Notes: generated by a model from the sequence alone, not told the origin. A stretch of 63,375 nt of DNA, filler included, from Caldilineae bacterium (GCA_037446815.1; 18 parts of 18 records of this genome joined end to end with filler, not necessarily neighbours in it), one strand, 5' to 3'; shown: positions 1-10,159, counted from the first letter of the whole stretch. Program-made: numbers and translations.

Positions 1-1
1 G

Positions 2-1042
2 ATGAAGGCCGTTGTGTACTACGAGAAGGCCCCCGGTGCGGTTGAGATTCGCGATGTGCCTGTCCCCACCTGTGGCCCCGACGAATGCCTGGTGAAGGTG
101 AAGTACTGCGGCATCTGCGGCACCGAGTTGCACCTGTACCACGGGCAGTTGGACGTCTTGGCGCGCCCCCCTGTGATCCTGGGCCACGAGTGGTGTGGCG
201 AGGTGGCGGAGGTGGGGGAGCGCGTGAAGGGATTTCGCCCAGGCGACCGGGTCGTGTCGGAGACCGCCGCCTACACTTGCGGCACGTGCGCCTATTGCCG
301 CTCGGGCGAGTACCACCTTTGCCCGGAGCGGCTGGGATTCGGATATGGTGTGGATGGGGCGTTCACCGCATACGTGCACGCGCGGGCTACGCTGCTGCAT
401 CACATCCCGCAGGGCGTGAGTTACGAAGCCGCGACCATGTGCGAGCCCATCTGCGTGGCCTATAACGCCCTGTTTGAGAAGAGCCGAATCCGACCAGGCG
501 ATACGGTAGTCGTCATCGGGCCGGGCCCCATCGGCCTGTTCGCGGTTCAACTGGCCAAGATCGCCGGGGCCGGTACAGTCATCGCAACAGGCACGGCGCG
601 AGACCGAGGGCGGCTGGAACTGGCCAGGCGACTCGGCGCGGACTTCGCTGTCGTGGTGCCGGAGGAGGACCCTGTGCGTCTCGTGCGGGGCATCGGCGAT
701 GGCTTGGGGGCGCACCTCGTGGTGGACTGTGCGGGAGTCCCGGCCGCCGTGAAGCAGGCGCTGGACCTGGTGCGCCCGAACGGGCAGATTACCAAGATTG
801 GCTTCGCGCTCAAGCCTCTGGACATGTCGCTGGATTCCCTTGTAACGCGGGGCATCACGCTGCAAGGCTCTTTCAGCCACAACTGGAAGACATGGGAGGC
901 GGTTCTGGAACTCCTGCGGCTGGGACGCATCCAGACTGAGCCGATGCTGAGCGGCATCATGCCCATCACGGCTTGGCGCGAGGCCTTTGAGCAGTTGGAA
1001 TCCCAGCAGGCGGTGAAGATTCTGCTCTACCCCGTGGATTGA
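2..1042 (+). CDS. Zinc-binding alcohol/sugar dehydrogenase (MDR family)
   Basis: CGTELH, GHEW, CxxCxxCx7C structural Zn site and GPGPIG Rossmann motif. Confidence 0.9.
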   Translation: MKAVVYYEKAPGAVEIRDVPVPTCGPDECLVKVKYCGICGTELHLYHGQLDVLARPPVILGHEWCGEVAEVGERVKGFRPGDRVVSETAAYTCGTCAYCRSGEYHLCPERLGFGYGVDGAFTAYVHARATLLHHIPQGVSYEAATMCEPICVAYNALFEKSRIRPGDTVVVIGPGPIGLFAVQLAKIAGAGTVIATGTARDRGRLELARRLGADFAVVVPEEDPVRLVRGIGDGLGAHLVVDCAGVPAAVKQALDLVRPNGQITKIGFALKPLDMSLDSLVTRGITLQGSFSHNWKTWEAVLELLRLGRIQTEPMLSGIMPITAWREAFEQLESQQAVKILLYPVD

Positions 1043-1093
1043 GGCCAGTGTTCACGGGTGCGCCGCTACAAATTGACATAATGGAGGAGATGG

Positions 1094-2548
1094 ATGGAAC
1101 CGAAGGTGCTGAAGAACTTCGTGGGCGGCGAGTGGGTTGCGTCGGAAGCAACCGAACTGCGCGATGTGGTGAACCCGGCCACGGCCGAGGTCCTGGCGCG
1201 GGTGCCCATGTCCACGCCGGAGGAGGCGAACCGGGCGGTGGAGGTCGCGCACGAGGCGTTCTGGGCATGGCGATGCACGCCGCCTATTACCCGCGCGCGG
1301 TATATGTTCCGCCTCAAGGCGCTGATGGAAGAGAACTTTGAGAAGATCGCCGAACTGAACACGATGGAGAACGGCAAGACCATTGATGAGTCGCGCGGGG
1401 AAGTACGCCGCGCCATTGAGAACGTGGACGTGGCCTGCGGGATTCCGTCGCTGATGATGGGCTACAATGCGGAAGACATCGCGGAAGGGATTGACTCCTT
1501 TGTGCTGAGGCAGCCGCTGGGCGTGTTCGTGCACCTGGCGCCCTTCAACTTTCCCGCCATGGTTCCCTACTGGTTTATCCCCTATGCGCTGGCCACCGGC
1601 AACACGTTTGTGCTCAAGCCGTCCAGCCAGACGCCCATGACGCAGAACTTCCTCGCCCGACTCATGGAAGAGACGGAGTTACCAGAGGGCGTGTTCAACC
1701 TTGTCAACGGTTCCGCGGAAGTCGCGGAGGCGCTGATGTCGCACCCCAAGGTCAAGGGAGTTACCTTCGTCGGCTCCACGCCGGTGGGCAAGCACGTGTA
1801 TGCCTTCAGCGCCCAGCACGGAAAACGCGCCATCGTCCAGGGCGGGGCCAAGAACTTCCTGGTGGTGATGCCCGACGCCGATATGCCGCGCACGGTCGCC
1901 GCCATCATGACCTCAGCGTTCGGATGCGCGGGCCAGCGGTGTCTTGCCGGGTCGGTGATTCTCGCCGTCGGCAAAGCGTATGACGCGCTGGTGCCGCCGC
2001 TGGTGGAGGCCGCGTCGCGCCTGAAGGTGGGCTATGGGCTGGATCAGGCGACGCAGATGGGGCCGGTGGTTTCCGCGGCAGCCAAGAAGAAGATCCTCGG
2101 GTACATTGATTCCGGCGTCGCGGAGGGTGCTCGCCTGCTGCTGGACGGGCGCGGCGTCGTGGTGCCTGGGTATGAGAAGGGCGCGTTCGTCGGCCCCACC
2201 ATCTTTGACGGCGTTACGCCCGACATGGCCATCGCGAAGGATGAGATTTTCGGGCCGGTTCTGGGCATCATGCAGGTGGACTCGCTAGAGGAGTGCTACG
2301 ACATCATCGCCGCGTCGCCCTTTGGGAACGCGGCCAGCGTGTTCACATCTAGCGGCCGTGCGGCGCGGGAGTTTGCCTATCGCGTGGAATGCGGGAACAT
2401 CGGCATCAACCTCGGCATCGCAGCGCCCATCGCCTTCTTCCCGTTCGGTGGGATGAGGGACTCCTTCTTCGGCGTGCTGCACGGGCAGGGGCAGGATGCC
2501 ATCCGCTTCTTTACGGACGACAAGGTGGTCCTAAGCCGTTGGTTCTAG
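1094..2548 (+). CDS. mmsA: CoA-acylating methylmalonate/malonate-semialdehyde dehydrogenase
   Basis: PFNFPAM, FVGSTPV, GGAKN, AGQRCLA and EIFGPV motifs; GGAGG RBS. Confidence 0.88.
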   Translation: MEPKVLKNFVGGEWVASEATELRDVVNPATAEVLARVPMSTPEEANRAVEVAHEAFWAWRCTPPITRARYMFRLKALMEENFEKIAELNTMENGKTIDESRGEVRRAIENVDVACGIPSLMMGYNAEDIAEGIDSFVLRQPLGVFVHLAPFNFPAMVPYWFIPYALATGNTFVLKPSSQTPMTQNFLARLMEETELPEGVFNLVNGSAEVAEALMSHPKVKGVTFVGSTPVGKHVYAFSAQHGKRAIVQGGAKNFLVVMPDADMPRTVAAIMTSAFGCAGQRCLAGSVILAVGKAYDALVPPLVEAASRLKVGYGLDQATQMGPVVSAAAKKKILGYIDSGVAEGARLLLDGRGVVVPGYEKGAFVGPTIFDGVTPDMAIAKDEIFGPVLGIMQVDSLEECYDIIAASPFGNAASVFTSSGRAAREFAYRVECGNIGINLGIAAPIAFFPFGGMRDSFFGVLHGQGQDAIRFFTDDKVVLSRWF

Positions 2549-2570
2549 CCTTCTGGGGGTGGGAGGGTTC

Positions 2571-3005
2571 ATGGAACTGGAGATCAGCAATTTCGGCGCG
2601 GTGCTGCAATATGGCATGTACCTGGAGCAGGAGTCGGCCCGCTTCTACACCGAGGCTGCGGGGAGGGCGCGCGATGAGGCGTTGCGTCAAACGCTCGCGG
2701 ACTTGGCCGCGGAGTCGGAGCGTCGGCTGAAGACCCTGGAGCGCATTCGGCGCGAGAACGTTACGGAGATGATCCTGACCCCCATCCACGACTTTCACAG
2801 CCGCGACTATGCGGCGGATTTTCGCACACCCGACGGCGACGGAGCGTTGCGGGATGCGGCCGTCGCCGTGGAGAGCGCGAAGGCTCGCTACTACGCGGAC
2901 GCGCGGGCACGCATAGAACTGGCCGAGGCGGGGCGGGCGCTGGGGCGACTCGCACGCGGAAGCCAGGAAGCCGCAGAAACCCTGGCGTCGCTGCCGCTGG
3001 GATAG
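2571..3005 (+). CDS. Ferritin-like/rubrerythrin-like four-helix protein
   Basis: ExxxxxFY...LAxE repeated halves; GGGAGGG RBS before ATG 2571. Confidence 0.6.
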   Translation: MELEISNFGAVLQYGMYLEQESARFYTEAAGRARDEALRQTLADLAAESERRLKTLERIRRENVTEMILTPIHDFHSRDYAADFRTPDGDGALRDAAVAVESAKARYYADARARIELAEAGRALGRLARGSQEAAETLASLPLG

Positions 3006-3078
3006 TTTGCCGCCTGGCTGCACAACCGTCTGTGCGATTACGCCGAGCAGGCTGGCCCTGCTCGGCTGTCGCATCGGC

Positions 3079-3459
3079 CTACTTGATGAGGTGATCCCTC
3101 CGGTACTTCTCCGGGATGAATGGCGGGGAGACGGCAGACAAGACCTTGAGGATCTCGGTGCCCTCGGTGTTGATGAGTTGGTGGACCGCACCCTCGGGGA
3201 CGTAGACGACCACGCCGGGCTCTAGGGCGATCTCTTCATCGTCCACGCGGATTCTGCCCCGTCCGGAGATGCAGTAGAAGATCTCTTCCTGATCCTCGTG
3301 CGCGTGGGGGTTGCTTGTGAATCCCGGGTCCACGGAACTGGTTCCCATCCAGAGGTGCTTGGTCCCCATGTTCCAGGGGGCAGCCAGGTGTCGGATGACT
3401 CGCTGGTGTGGTGGGCCGATGTAGTCCGCCTCGGCATCCTTCTCGTGGATGTACTTCAT
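3079..3459 (-). CDS. Cupin domain protein
   Basis: HAHEDQEEIFY and PEGAVHQLIN cupin motifs; GGAGG RBS. Confidence 0.85.
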   Translation of the reverse strand: MKYIHEKDAEADYIGPPHQRVIRHLAAPWNMGTKHLWMGTSSVDPGFTSNPHAHEDQEEIFYCISGRGRIRVDDEEIALEPGVVVYVPEGAVHQLINTEGTEILKVLSAVSPPFIPEKYRRDHLIK

Positions 3460-3516
3460 GGCAAACCTCCGCAATCCGAGTTGTGTATGGGGCGTCGCCT
3501 GCTGTCGCTGCTGGAT

Positions 3517-3545
3517 ATGATACCACTGCCCGCGCCGAATGTCAA
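3517..3545 (-). promoter_or_regulatory. sigma70-type promoter of cupin gene (TTGACA-17-TATCAT)
   Basis: Consensus -35, extended -10 (TG), 17-bp spacer. Confidence 0.7.
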
Positions 3546-3561
3546 CGTTGTAATTCTTGGG

Positions 3562-3671
3562 GAGTCGGCTCCAAACTGCGTTGGTGAGCCGAGTGCACAC
3601 TCCCGTGGGGATCGCTTCGGGCGCTCCGCGCCCTCGCAATGCCGGGTGCCAACAGACTTTGGAGCCGAACC
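3562..3671. mobile_element. MITE copy, internally shortened (type 1 cargo)
   Basis: GAGTCGGCTCCAAA...CCAACAGACTTTGGAGCCGAACC; flanks TTCTTGGG / TTCTTCGC (6/8). Confidence 0.7.
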
Positions 3672-3679
3672 TTCTTCGC

Positions 3680-3774
3680 GACTCGGTTCCATCTTGTGTT
3701 GGTCTGCCCCGCACACTGTCTCCCCGCTCTGTCATGCTGAGCCGAAGGCGATACGCCCTCGCCCTTCGGGAGAG
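3680..3774. mobile_element. MITE copy (type 2 cargo), truncated by gap
   Basis: GACTCGGTTCCATCTTGTGTTGGT end, 8 bp after the previous copy. Confidence 0.75.
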
Positions 3775-3972
3775 NNNNNNNNNNNNNNNNNNNNNNNNNN
3801 NNNNNNNNNNNNNNNNNNTTAATTAATTAANNNNNNNNNNNNNNNNNNNNNNNNNNNNNNNNNNNNNNNNNNNNCGGGAGAGGGCTGGGGTGAGGGCTTC
3901 GCTCGCGGAGGCCACTTCGGCCGCTATACGCCCTCGCAATGGCAGCCTCGCAACCACTCCATGTACATGAGG

Positions 3973-4007
3973 AACGTGCGATGCACCTCGCAGGTGCGTC
4001 GCACGTT
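3973..4007. repeat. Palindromic repeat AACGTGCGACGCACCT-N3-AGGTGCGTCGCACGTT, copy 1
   Basis: Also at 11544, 14762 and 18503. Confidence 0.85.
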
Positions 4008-4027
4008 GTACGACCGAGTCGCGGGCA

Positions 4028-4056
4028 TTGCCAAACGGCAGATGTGCGTGTATAAT
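4028..4056 (+). promoter_or_regulatory. sigma70-type promoter TTGCCA-17-TATAAT (leaderless transcript likely)
   Basis: ATG 6 nt after the -10 box, no RBS. Confidence 0.65.
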
Positions 4057-4062
4057 TGTCGT

Positions 4063-4848
4063 ATGGAAGGGAAGCCGCGCGAGACGTACCAACCTTGGAA
4101 GCCGAGGGACACGCGCCCAGGCCGCACGGGCCTGACGCTGGGGCAGATAGCGTTCCTCATCGTGGTGAACGCCGTTATCGCCCTGGGCATCAGCGTCGCC
4201 GTTACCCTCACCTTGGGCCGCACGACGCCGTCTGCGCCCGCGCCTTCGCCCACGCACGCGCCACCTGTGGCCTCGGCCGCCGCGCTCCCCACAACGCCCG
4301 CCCAGCCGACGACGTACACGGTGAAGCCCGGCGACAGCCTTTCTGCCATCGCGTTTCAGTATGGCATCTCGCTGCAGGAACTCATGGCCGCCAACGGCAT
4401 CACAGACCCCGATGTGCTCTTCGCGGGGCAGAAACTCATCATCCCCGTGCCGGGGAGCATCACCCCCATTCCCACGTCGGCTCCGACCGCCGCGCCGACG
4501 GGCGTCCCGACAGCAGCGCCGACCAACACGCCGCCAACCGGCCCGGACTTGCGCATAGAGTCGGTTCAGGCGTCGTCCGACGGAAAAGACTCGTGGGTAG
4601 TCATCACCAACTGGGGGATGTGGGCGCGGCTCAAGGGCTGGACGCTGGACGATGGGCAGGGGAATGTGTACACCTTCCCCGACCTGTCGCTGTTCCAGGG
4701 CGGCAGCGTGCGCGTGCATACCGCGGCGGGGAACAATACCGAGGTGGACCTGTACTGGGGCATCAACAAGGCCGTGTTCGTGTCGGGCCGCACGCTGACC
4801 CTGAAGGACACGGCGGGCAAGGTCATGGCGTCGTACACCGTGCCCTAG
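4063..4848 (+). CDS. Membrane-anchored LysM + lamin-tail (LTD)-like domain protein
   Basis: TM helix, Pro/Thr linkers, YTVKPGDSLSAIA LysM, C-terminal VVITN..LKGWTL..D LTD-like domain. Confidence 0.8.
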   Translation: MEGKPRETYQPWKPRDTRPGRTGLTLGQIAFLIVVNAVIALGISVAVTLTLGRTTPSAPAPSPTHAPPVASAAALPTTPAQPTTYTVKPGDSLSAIAFQYGISLQELMAANGITDPDVLFAGQKLIIPVPGSITPIPTSAPTAAPTGVPTAAPTNTPPTGPDLRIESVQASSDGKDSWVVITNWGMWARLKGWTLDDGQGNVYTFPDLSLFQGGSVRVHTAAGNNTEVDLYWGINKAVFVSGRTLTLKDTAGKVMASYTVP

Positions 4849-4861
4849 CAGGTGGCGACGC

Positions 4862-5485
4862 TCATCCTTCGTCCAGGCCCCGCAGGTGGCAGGTGTCGTT
4901 CAGGTAGATGAGGGAGCGGCGGCGCGAATCCCAGAAGAAAGCGTTGATGCAGGCGTTGTCCTGCGGCATGCGCCAGTAGGCCGAGAGCTCCATGCCGAGG
5001 ACGTGGAGCATGACGGCCTTGCATACGATCTCGTGGCTGAAGAGGGCCAGGGTCTGGCCCGAGTGGGCCTCGGTGAGTTCGTTGAGCATGGCCACCGCGC
5101 GCTCCAACGCGATGGGCAGCGACTCGCCGCCGGGAAATTGCACTTCGTGGGGCGCGTGGAGCCATTGCCGGTATAGGTCGGGCCAGAGTTCGCTGACTTC
5201 CTTGGGGGTGTGGCCCTGCCACTCGCCGTAGTCCACGGAGATAAGCCCGCGGTGTATGTGGACGGGCAGGCCCAGGGCATCGGCCAGGGGCTGCGCCGTC
5301 TGCACCGCCCGCAGGAGTGGACTGGAGTAAATCGCGCGAATCGGCTCGTGCTTGAGCCACTCGGCGACCCGCTGCGCCTGGGCGAATCCCAATTCGCTCA
5401 GGGGCAGGTCGGTTGTGCCGCGAAAGTGCAGGTCTTTGTTCCAGGCGGTCTGGCCGTGGCGAATCAGTAGAAAACGCGTTGCCAT
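4862..5485 (-). CDS. Histidine phosphatase family protein
   Basis: LIRHGQT, SSPLLRA and FSH motifs. Confidence 0.88.
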   Translation of the reverse strand: MATRFLLIRHGQTAWNKDLHFRGTTDLPLSELGFAQAQRVAEWLKHEPIRAIYSSPLLRAVQTAQPLADALGLPVHIHRGLISVDYGEWQGHTPKEVSELWPDLYRQWLHAPHEVQFPGGESLPIALERAVAMLNELTEAHSGQTLALFSHEIVCKAVMLHVLGMELSAYWRMPQDNACINAFFWDSRRRSLIYLNDTCHLRGLDEG

Positions 5486-5519
5486 TGTGTCGCTCCCCAA
5501 CGCGGATGGTGTCGCGCCG

Positions 5520-5547
5520 ATTATAGGCCGTGCAGGGGGAATGTCAA
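5520..5547 (-). promoter_or_regulatory. sigma70-type promoter TTGACA-16-TATAAT
   Basis: Perfect hexamers on the minus strand upstream of the phosphatase. Confidence 0.75.
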
Positions 5548-5549
5548 GA

Positions 5550-6065
5550 ATGCGCGAGATCTCGCTCCCGGACATAGACTGGAGCGCGTTGGTAGAGGAA
5601 CAAATCCAGGAGGCCATGCGCAAGGGGGCCTTTGAGAATCTCCCAGGCGCGGGCAAGCCCTTGCATCTGCCGCGGAACCCGTACCTGGCGCCGGATATGG
5701 AGATCGCCTTCAAGATTCTGCAAGACCACGGGTTCGCGCCCGAGTGGATAGAGGCGGACAAGGAGGTGCGGGGCCGCATCGCCCGTTGGCGCGACCGCCT
5801 CCTGCGCGAATGGGAATCGTACCGCCGCGCCCTGGCGATGTGCGAGCAGAAGCCCGAGCCGTGGCGCGGCATCCGCCGCCAGCAGGCCGATGACGCCTGG
5901 CAGAAACGCTGGTCGGCGCTCCAGCGCGAATTGGCCCGATTGAATCGCGACATAGATACCCTGAACCTGAAAATCCCCCTTGTCTGGCTCCATCGCCCGC
6001 GGCTGGACGCCGAGCGGGAGCTGGACAAGGTGCGCACGGGAGCGTGCCATGAACCCGAAGACTGA
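5550..6065 (+). CDS. DUF1992 (DnaJC28-like) domain protein
   Basis: VEEQIQEAMRKGAFENLPGAGKPL...GFAPEWIE signature; start could be 5541. Confidence 0.8.
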   Translation: MREISLPDIDWSALVEEQIQEAMRKGAFENLPGAGKPLHLPRNPYLAPDMEIAFKILQDHGFAPEWIEADKEVRGRIARWRDRLLREWESYRRALAMCEQKPEPWRGIRRQQADDAWQKRWSALQRELARLNRDIDTLNLKIPLVWLHRPRLDAERELDKVRTGACHEPED

Positions 6066-6282
6066 ACGCCCGACCGCGGACGAGGAGGACGTGCTCCACA
6101 GCGGCATCCGGCGCATCGTCCTGTCGCGCGAAATGGTGCCGCGCACGCCGCGCTGGAGCCGCGCCTTCCGCCGAACCCTGCTGCGGCTGGCGCGCACCAT
6201 CCGCGAGGCCGAGCCCTCCCATCCGCCCCAAGACGAAATCCCAACCCCACCATCGGAGGAATGCAACGATGACCAACGCTGA
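6049..6282 (+). CDS. Small hypothetical protein
   Basis: Fills the gap, overlapping both neighbours; GGAG RBS. Confidence 0.4.
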   Translation: MNPKTERPTADEEDVLHSGIRRIVLSREMVPRTPRWSRAFRRTLLRLARTIREAEPSHPPQDEIPTPPSEECNDDQR

Positions 6283-7252
6283 AGAACTGCACCGACGCTC
6301 CATCGTGATAGATGCCCACTGCGACACGGCGCTGCTGGCCGCCGAGGGCAACTACGACCTGGCCGAACGGCACGACACGCGCCACCTGGATTTCCCCCGC
6401 ATGCGCGAGGGCGGGGTTACGGCGCAGATCTTCGCCGTGTTCGTGGAGCAGCGACACCTGCCCGCCCAGGCCACCCGCCGCGCCCTCCAGGTGATAGACG
6501 CCGTTTACCGCCAGGTGGAGTCCAGCCAGGGCAGCGCGCGCCTGGTAACCCGCGCGGCGGACATTGAGGCCGCCAAGGCCGACGGCGCGCTGGGCGTCAT
6601 CCTCGGGCTGGAGGGCGCCGAGGCGCTGGAGGGCGATCTCGGCGTGCTGCGCACGTTCCACCGCCTGGGGGTGCGCAACATCGGCCTCACGTGGAACTTC
6701 CGCAACCAGGCTGCCGACGGCGTGGCCGAGGAGCGCACCGGCGGCGGCCTCACCACCTTCGGCGTGGCGCTGGTGGAGGAGATGAACCGCCTGGGCATCG
6801 TCGTGGACATCGCCCACCTGTCGCCCGCGGGCGTGGAGGACGTGCTCACGATTAGTCAAGCCCCTATCATCGCGTCGCACGCCAACGCGCGCGCCGTGTG
6901 CGATCACCGCCGCAACTTGACCGACGCCCAACTGGAGAAGATCGCCCGCAACGGCGGCGTGGTGGGCGTAACCTTCGTGCCCCCCTTCGTGGATGGCGCC
7001 GATGGCGGCGCGACGCTCCAGCGGGTGCTGGATCATGTGGACCACATGGTGCGCGTCATGGGCGATGACCACGTGGGCCTGGGGTCCGACTTTGACGGGT
7101 TCTTCGGCGAGGAGGGGACCGCCGGCCTGGAGGATGTGTCGCGGATGCCGGCCATCACCGCCGGCCTCTTGGAGCGCGGCTACTCCGAGGATTCGGTGCA
7201 GAAGATTCTGGGCGGCAACTTCTTGCGCGTGTTCCGCCAGGTGATGGGTTAG
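6269..7252 (+). CDS. Membrane dipeptidase (peptidase M19)
   Basis: DAHCD, LEG, DIAH, ASHAN and GLGSDFDG motifs. Confidence 0.9.
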   Translation: MTNAEELHRRSIVIDAHCDTALLAAEGNYDLAERHDTRHLDFPRMREGGVTAQIFAVFVEQRHLPAQATRRALQVIDAVYRQVESSQGSARLVTRAADIEAAKADGALGVILGLEGAEALEGDLGVLRTFHRLGVRNIGLTWNFRNQAADGVAEERTGGGLTTFGVALVEEMNRLGIVVDIAHLSPAGVEDVLTISQAPIIASHANARAVCDHRRNLTDAQLEKIARNGGVVGVTFVPPFVDGADGGATLQRVLDHVDHMVRVMGDDHVGLGSDFDGFFGEEGTAGLEDVSRMPAITAGLLERGYSEDSVQKILGGNFLRVFRQVMG

Positions 7253-7256
7253 GGCG

Positions 7257-7573
7257 ATGAAACTCCTCATGTTCCAGGCCAAGCGTTTCTGGTTCCGCTC
7301 GTTCTCCAAGACGCTGGAGTTCGTGGAGGACCAGGAGGTGGAGCAGGAGGTGCGGGACGCCGCCGTGATTTTCCTCCACGCGGAGGAGGGCGACGAAACC
7401 CAAGGCCCCGCGCTCCTCACCAAGGCGCTGAAGAACATCAAGTGGATTGCCAACAAGCGCGGGCTGAAGAACGTGGTGCTGCACTCGTTCACCCACCTGG
7501 CCGAGACCACGGCAAGCCCCGAGTACGCGCAGGGGGCGATAGACACCCTTGCGGCTCGCCTGCGCGAGGTGGG
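7257..7573 (+). CDS. Archaeal-type threonyl-tRNA synthetase editing domain protein (3' truncated by gap)
   Basis: MKLLMF..F.F...K.L.....VIFLHAE..D....VVLHSFTHL resembles the tRNA-Thr_ED family. Confidence 0.7.
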
Positions 7574-7708
7574 NNNNNNNNNNNNNNNNNNNNNNNNNNN
7601 NNNNNNNNNNNNNNNNNTTAATTAATTAANNNNNNNNNNNNNNNNNNNNNNNNNNNNNNNNNNNNNNNNNNNNTCCAAAACGCCCAGACGCGCCGAGAGT
7701 TACGCTCG

Positions 7709-7899
7709 GCCTCGGTTCCGTCTTACGTAGGGCAAATTGGCAATTTGCTCCACGAGATTCTTCGCGGCTTCGCCGCTCAGAACGACAGCCTTCTCGATGT
7801 CATGCCGAGCCGAAGGCGAAGCATCTCCGGTCTTGCGTCCACGGATAACACGGATTGCACCGATACGACAAAGTAGAGCAAATTGGCAATTTGCCCCAC
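7709..7899. repeat. Composite of repeat modules (two GTAG-type REPs, cruciform halves, CACGGATAA 9-mers)
   Basis: GTAGGGCAAATTGGCAATTTGCTCCAC at 7727 and a variant at 7873. Confidence 0.7.
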
Positions 7900-7930
7900 A
7901 TCTACGCTCGCAGCGCGCGATGCCGAGCCG

Positions 7931-10159
7931 TTATCCGCCCATCTGCTGCAGGCGCGCGCGGTACGTCTCCACATTCGGCGGGTTGAGCGCGATGAGTTCC
8001 CTCATGGCAGCCCGCGCCTGGTCCCGCTGCCCATTGTCCCACAGCAGGCGCGCGGCCAGGTCCAGTTCCTGCACCGCCTCGGCCATCTTCCCCGCGGCCA
8101 CATAGGCCTCGGCCAAAAGGCGGTGCAACTCCGGATTGTCGGGGCGCAGGTCCGACACCTCGCGCAGTACGCGAATCGTTCGGTTGTGATCGCCGCGCTC
8201 GCGGTACAGGCCGATGAGTTCGTTCAACTGCGCGAGGGCTTCCGCATCCTGGCCGAGTTTGTAGTGCAGGTCCACGAGGCGGATGCGGGCGCGCTCGTCG
8301 GTGGGCGACAGTGCCGCGATGTGCCGATAGGTCTCCAGCGCCGCCTTCCACTGCACCCGCCCCACCTGAATCTCGCCGACCTGATGCAAGACCGCCGCCT
8401 GCCATCGGGGGCCGAGGGCGCGCTCGCGGATAAGGGCCTGGGCCTCCTCTGCCAGAGCAAGGGCCTGCTCCACCTGCGCCACGCGCGCCAGCATCTGAAT
8501 CTGCGTGATGTACTCCTCCATGGCCTCCTCGTACTCGCCCTGCTGGACGAGGAGGCGGATGCAGGTCGCGCGGGCATCGGTGTCGGCGGCGTTGACCTGC
8601 AGCAGGCGACGGTAAACCGCCGCGGCGCGTTTCGTATCCCCGCGCAGGAGGTACAAATCGGCCACCAGCCGGTACTTGTCGGCGGCGCGGGAGATGTCCC
8701 CGGCGGCCAGCCACACGTCGGCCAATTTCAGGTGCGCGGGCAGCGAATCGGGAGCCAGCGCCACGGCTCGGTAGCACTCGTCGGCGGCGGCCGCCAGCAG
8801 ACCCCGCTTGAGATACTCCTGGCTCAGCGACAGGGCGCGGAGCACCTCGTCCGATTCCTCGGCTTCCAGCAGTTCCGCCATGCTGACGGTTACGCCTTCG
8901 CCGGCCCCGCCGAGCCGCTTGCGGGCCTCCCGCACCTTGTCCTGCCACCCCTTGCTGCTCAGGAACTGCACCAGCGAATCCGCGAATGATTTGGCCTTGT
9001 CTGCATCTCCCTGGGCCTGGTAACTCTCGGCCAGGTTCTCGTACAACTGGATGAGGTCATCAGCCTGGTCGCGGGCGACGGTCTCCAAGTCTACGATCTT
9101 GAGCACCTCCAGGAAGTGCTCAATGGACAGGCCCACCTGCCCCTGCGCGCGGTAGCACTGGCCCAGGGCGAAATGGCTGCCCAAACGGTACTCGGGGTCC
9201 TTGACCGAGCGCAGCAGGTGCTCAATGGCCTCCTCAAACTGCAACCGCTGCTGGAACAGCAAGCCGAGGTTGAAGTGGATGGCGGGGCGATCTTCGCCCA
9301 TCTTCAGCAGGCGCAGGTAACTGGAGATTGCCTCATCCACCAGGCCGCGCGTCTGGAAGTCAATGGCCTGGCTGATGAGCGCGTCCACCGATGCCCGGTC
9401 CGCCGCCTGAGCCGGAGCCTCGCCCTGCGGTTCAGCGGGGGCGCGGCTCTCCTCAAACAGCGCGCCCGCCAGTTCGGTGAGCGCCTTGCGCTGGGTTTCG
9501 GCGGCGGGGGTGAGGATTTCAGCGGCTGGCGCCTCCTGCGGCTCGGCAGGAGCGGTCGCCGGGGCCTCGGCCCCCTCGCGGAGCATCTCCATCACGTTGC
9601 GCGCGGCCAGGTTGGCGGGCGCAAGGCGCAGCGCCTCGCGGCACTGCTGGATGGCCTTCTCCACCTGGCCCATGCGCTGGAGGATGCCCGCCAACGCCAG
9701 GTGCTGCTCCACTGCCCGGTCCACCGCGCGGAGTTGGGCGTAGGCCGCGGCAAGCCTCTGGCGCGCGGCGATGTGGTCCGGCGCCAGGCGCACAGCCTGC
9801 TCCCACGCGCCCACGGCCTGACGGAGGTCGCCCGCGTTGCGGTGCAGTTCGGCCAGCGCCATGTACGTATCCACCGCCTGCTCCACATGGCCCTGCTCCG
9901 CCTCCAGTTGGGCCAGGTGGATGAGGGGCACGGGATCGCGCGGGGAAACGCGGGCCAGGATGCGATAGACCTCGGCGGCCTCGCTCCGCTTGCCGAGTTC
10001 GCGGTACGCCTGGGCCAGCGCCACCAGCGCGGGCGGCTCCTCGGGGAATTCGGCAAGGGCGAGGCGATACTGCTGCACCGCCTTGTCCCAGCGGCCATCC
10101 CAGGCGTAGTCGTGCCCTGCTTTCAGGTGCTTCTCGTAAACATTCCGTCGGCCTGCCAC
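7931..10159 (-). CDS. Tetratricopeptide repeat protein
   Basis: Many TPR-like helical repeats over 742 aa. Confidence 0.88.
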   Translation of the reverse strand: MAGRRNVYEKHLKAGHDYAWDGRWDKAVQQYRLALAEFPEEPPALVALAQAYRELGKRSEAAEVYRILARVSPRDPVPLIHLAQLEAEQGHVEQAVDTYMALAELHRNAGDLRQAVGAWEQAVRLAPDHIAARQRLAAAYAQLRAVDRAVEQHLALAGILQRMGQVEKAIQQCREALRLAPANLAARNVMEMLREGAEAPATAPAEPQEAPAAEILTPAAETQRKALTELAGALFEESRAPAEPQGEAPAQAADRASVDALISQAIDFQTRGLVDEAISSYLRLLKMGEDRPAIHFNLGLLFQQRLQFEEAIEHLLRSVKDPEYRLGSHFALGQCYRAQGQVGLSIEHFLEVLKIVDLETVARDQADDLIQLYENLAESYQAQGDADKAKSFADSLVQFLSSKGWQDKVREARKRLGGAGEGVTVSMAELLEAEESDEVLRALSLSQEYLKRGLLAAAADECYRAVALAPDSLPAHLKLADVWLAAGDISRAADKYRLVADLYLLRGDTKRAAAVYRRLLQVNAADTDARATCIRLLVQQGEYEEAMEEYITQIQMLARVAQVEQALALAEEAQALIRERALGPRWQAAVLHQVGEIQVGRVQWKAALETYRHIAALSPTDERARIRLVDLHYKLGQDAEALAQLNELIGLYRERGDHNRTIRVLREVSDLRPDNPELHRLLAEAYVAAGKMAEAVQELDLAARLLWDNGQRDQARAAMRELIALNPPNVETYRARLQQMGG

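Noticed and set aside
4862..7546. 894-aa minus-strand ORF and similar long antisense ORFs (12644-14659, 31138-33486, 57237-58508)
   Set aside because: Shadow frames of GC-rich genes; only the C-terminal phosphatase part (4862-5485) of the first is real.
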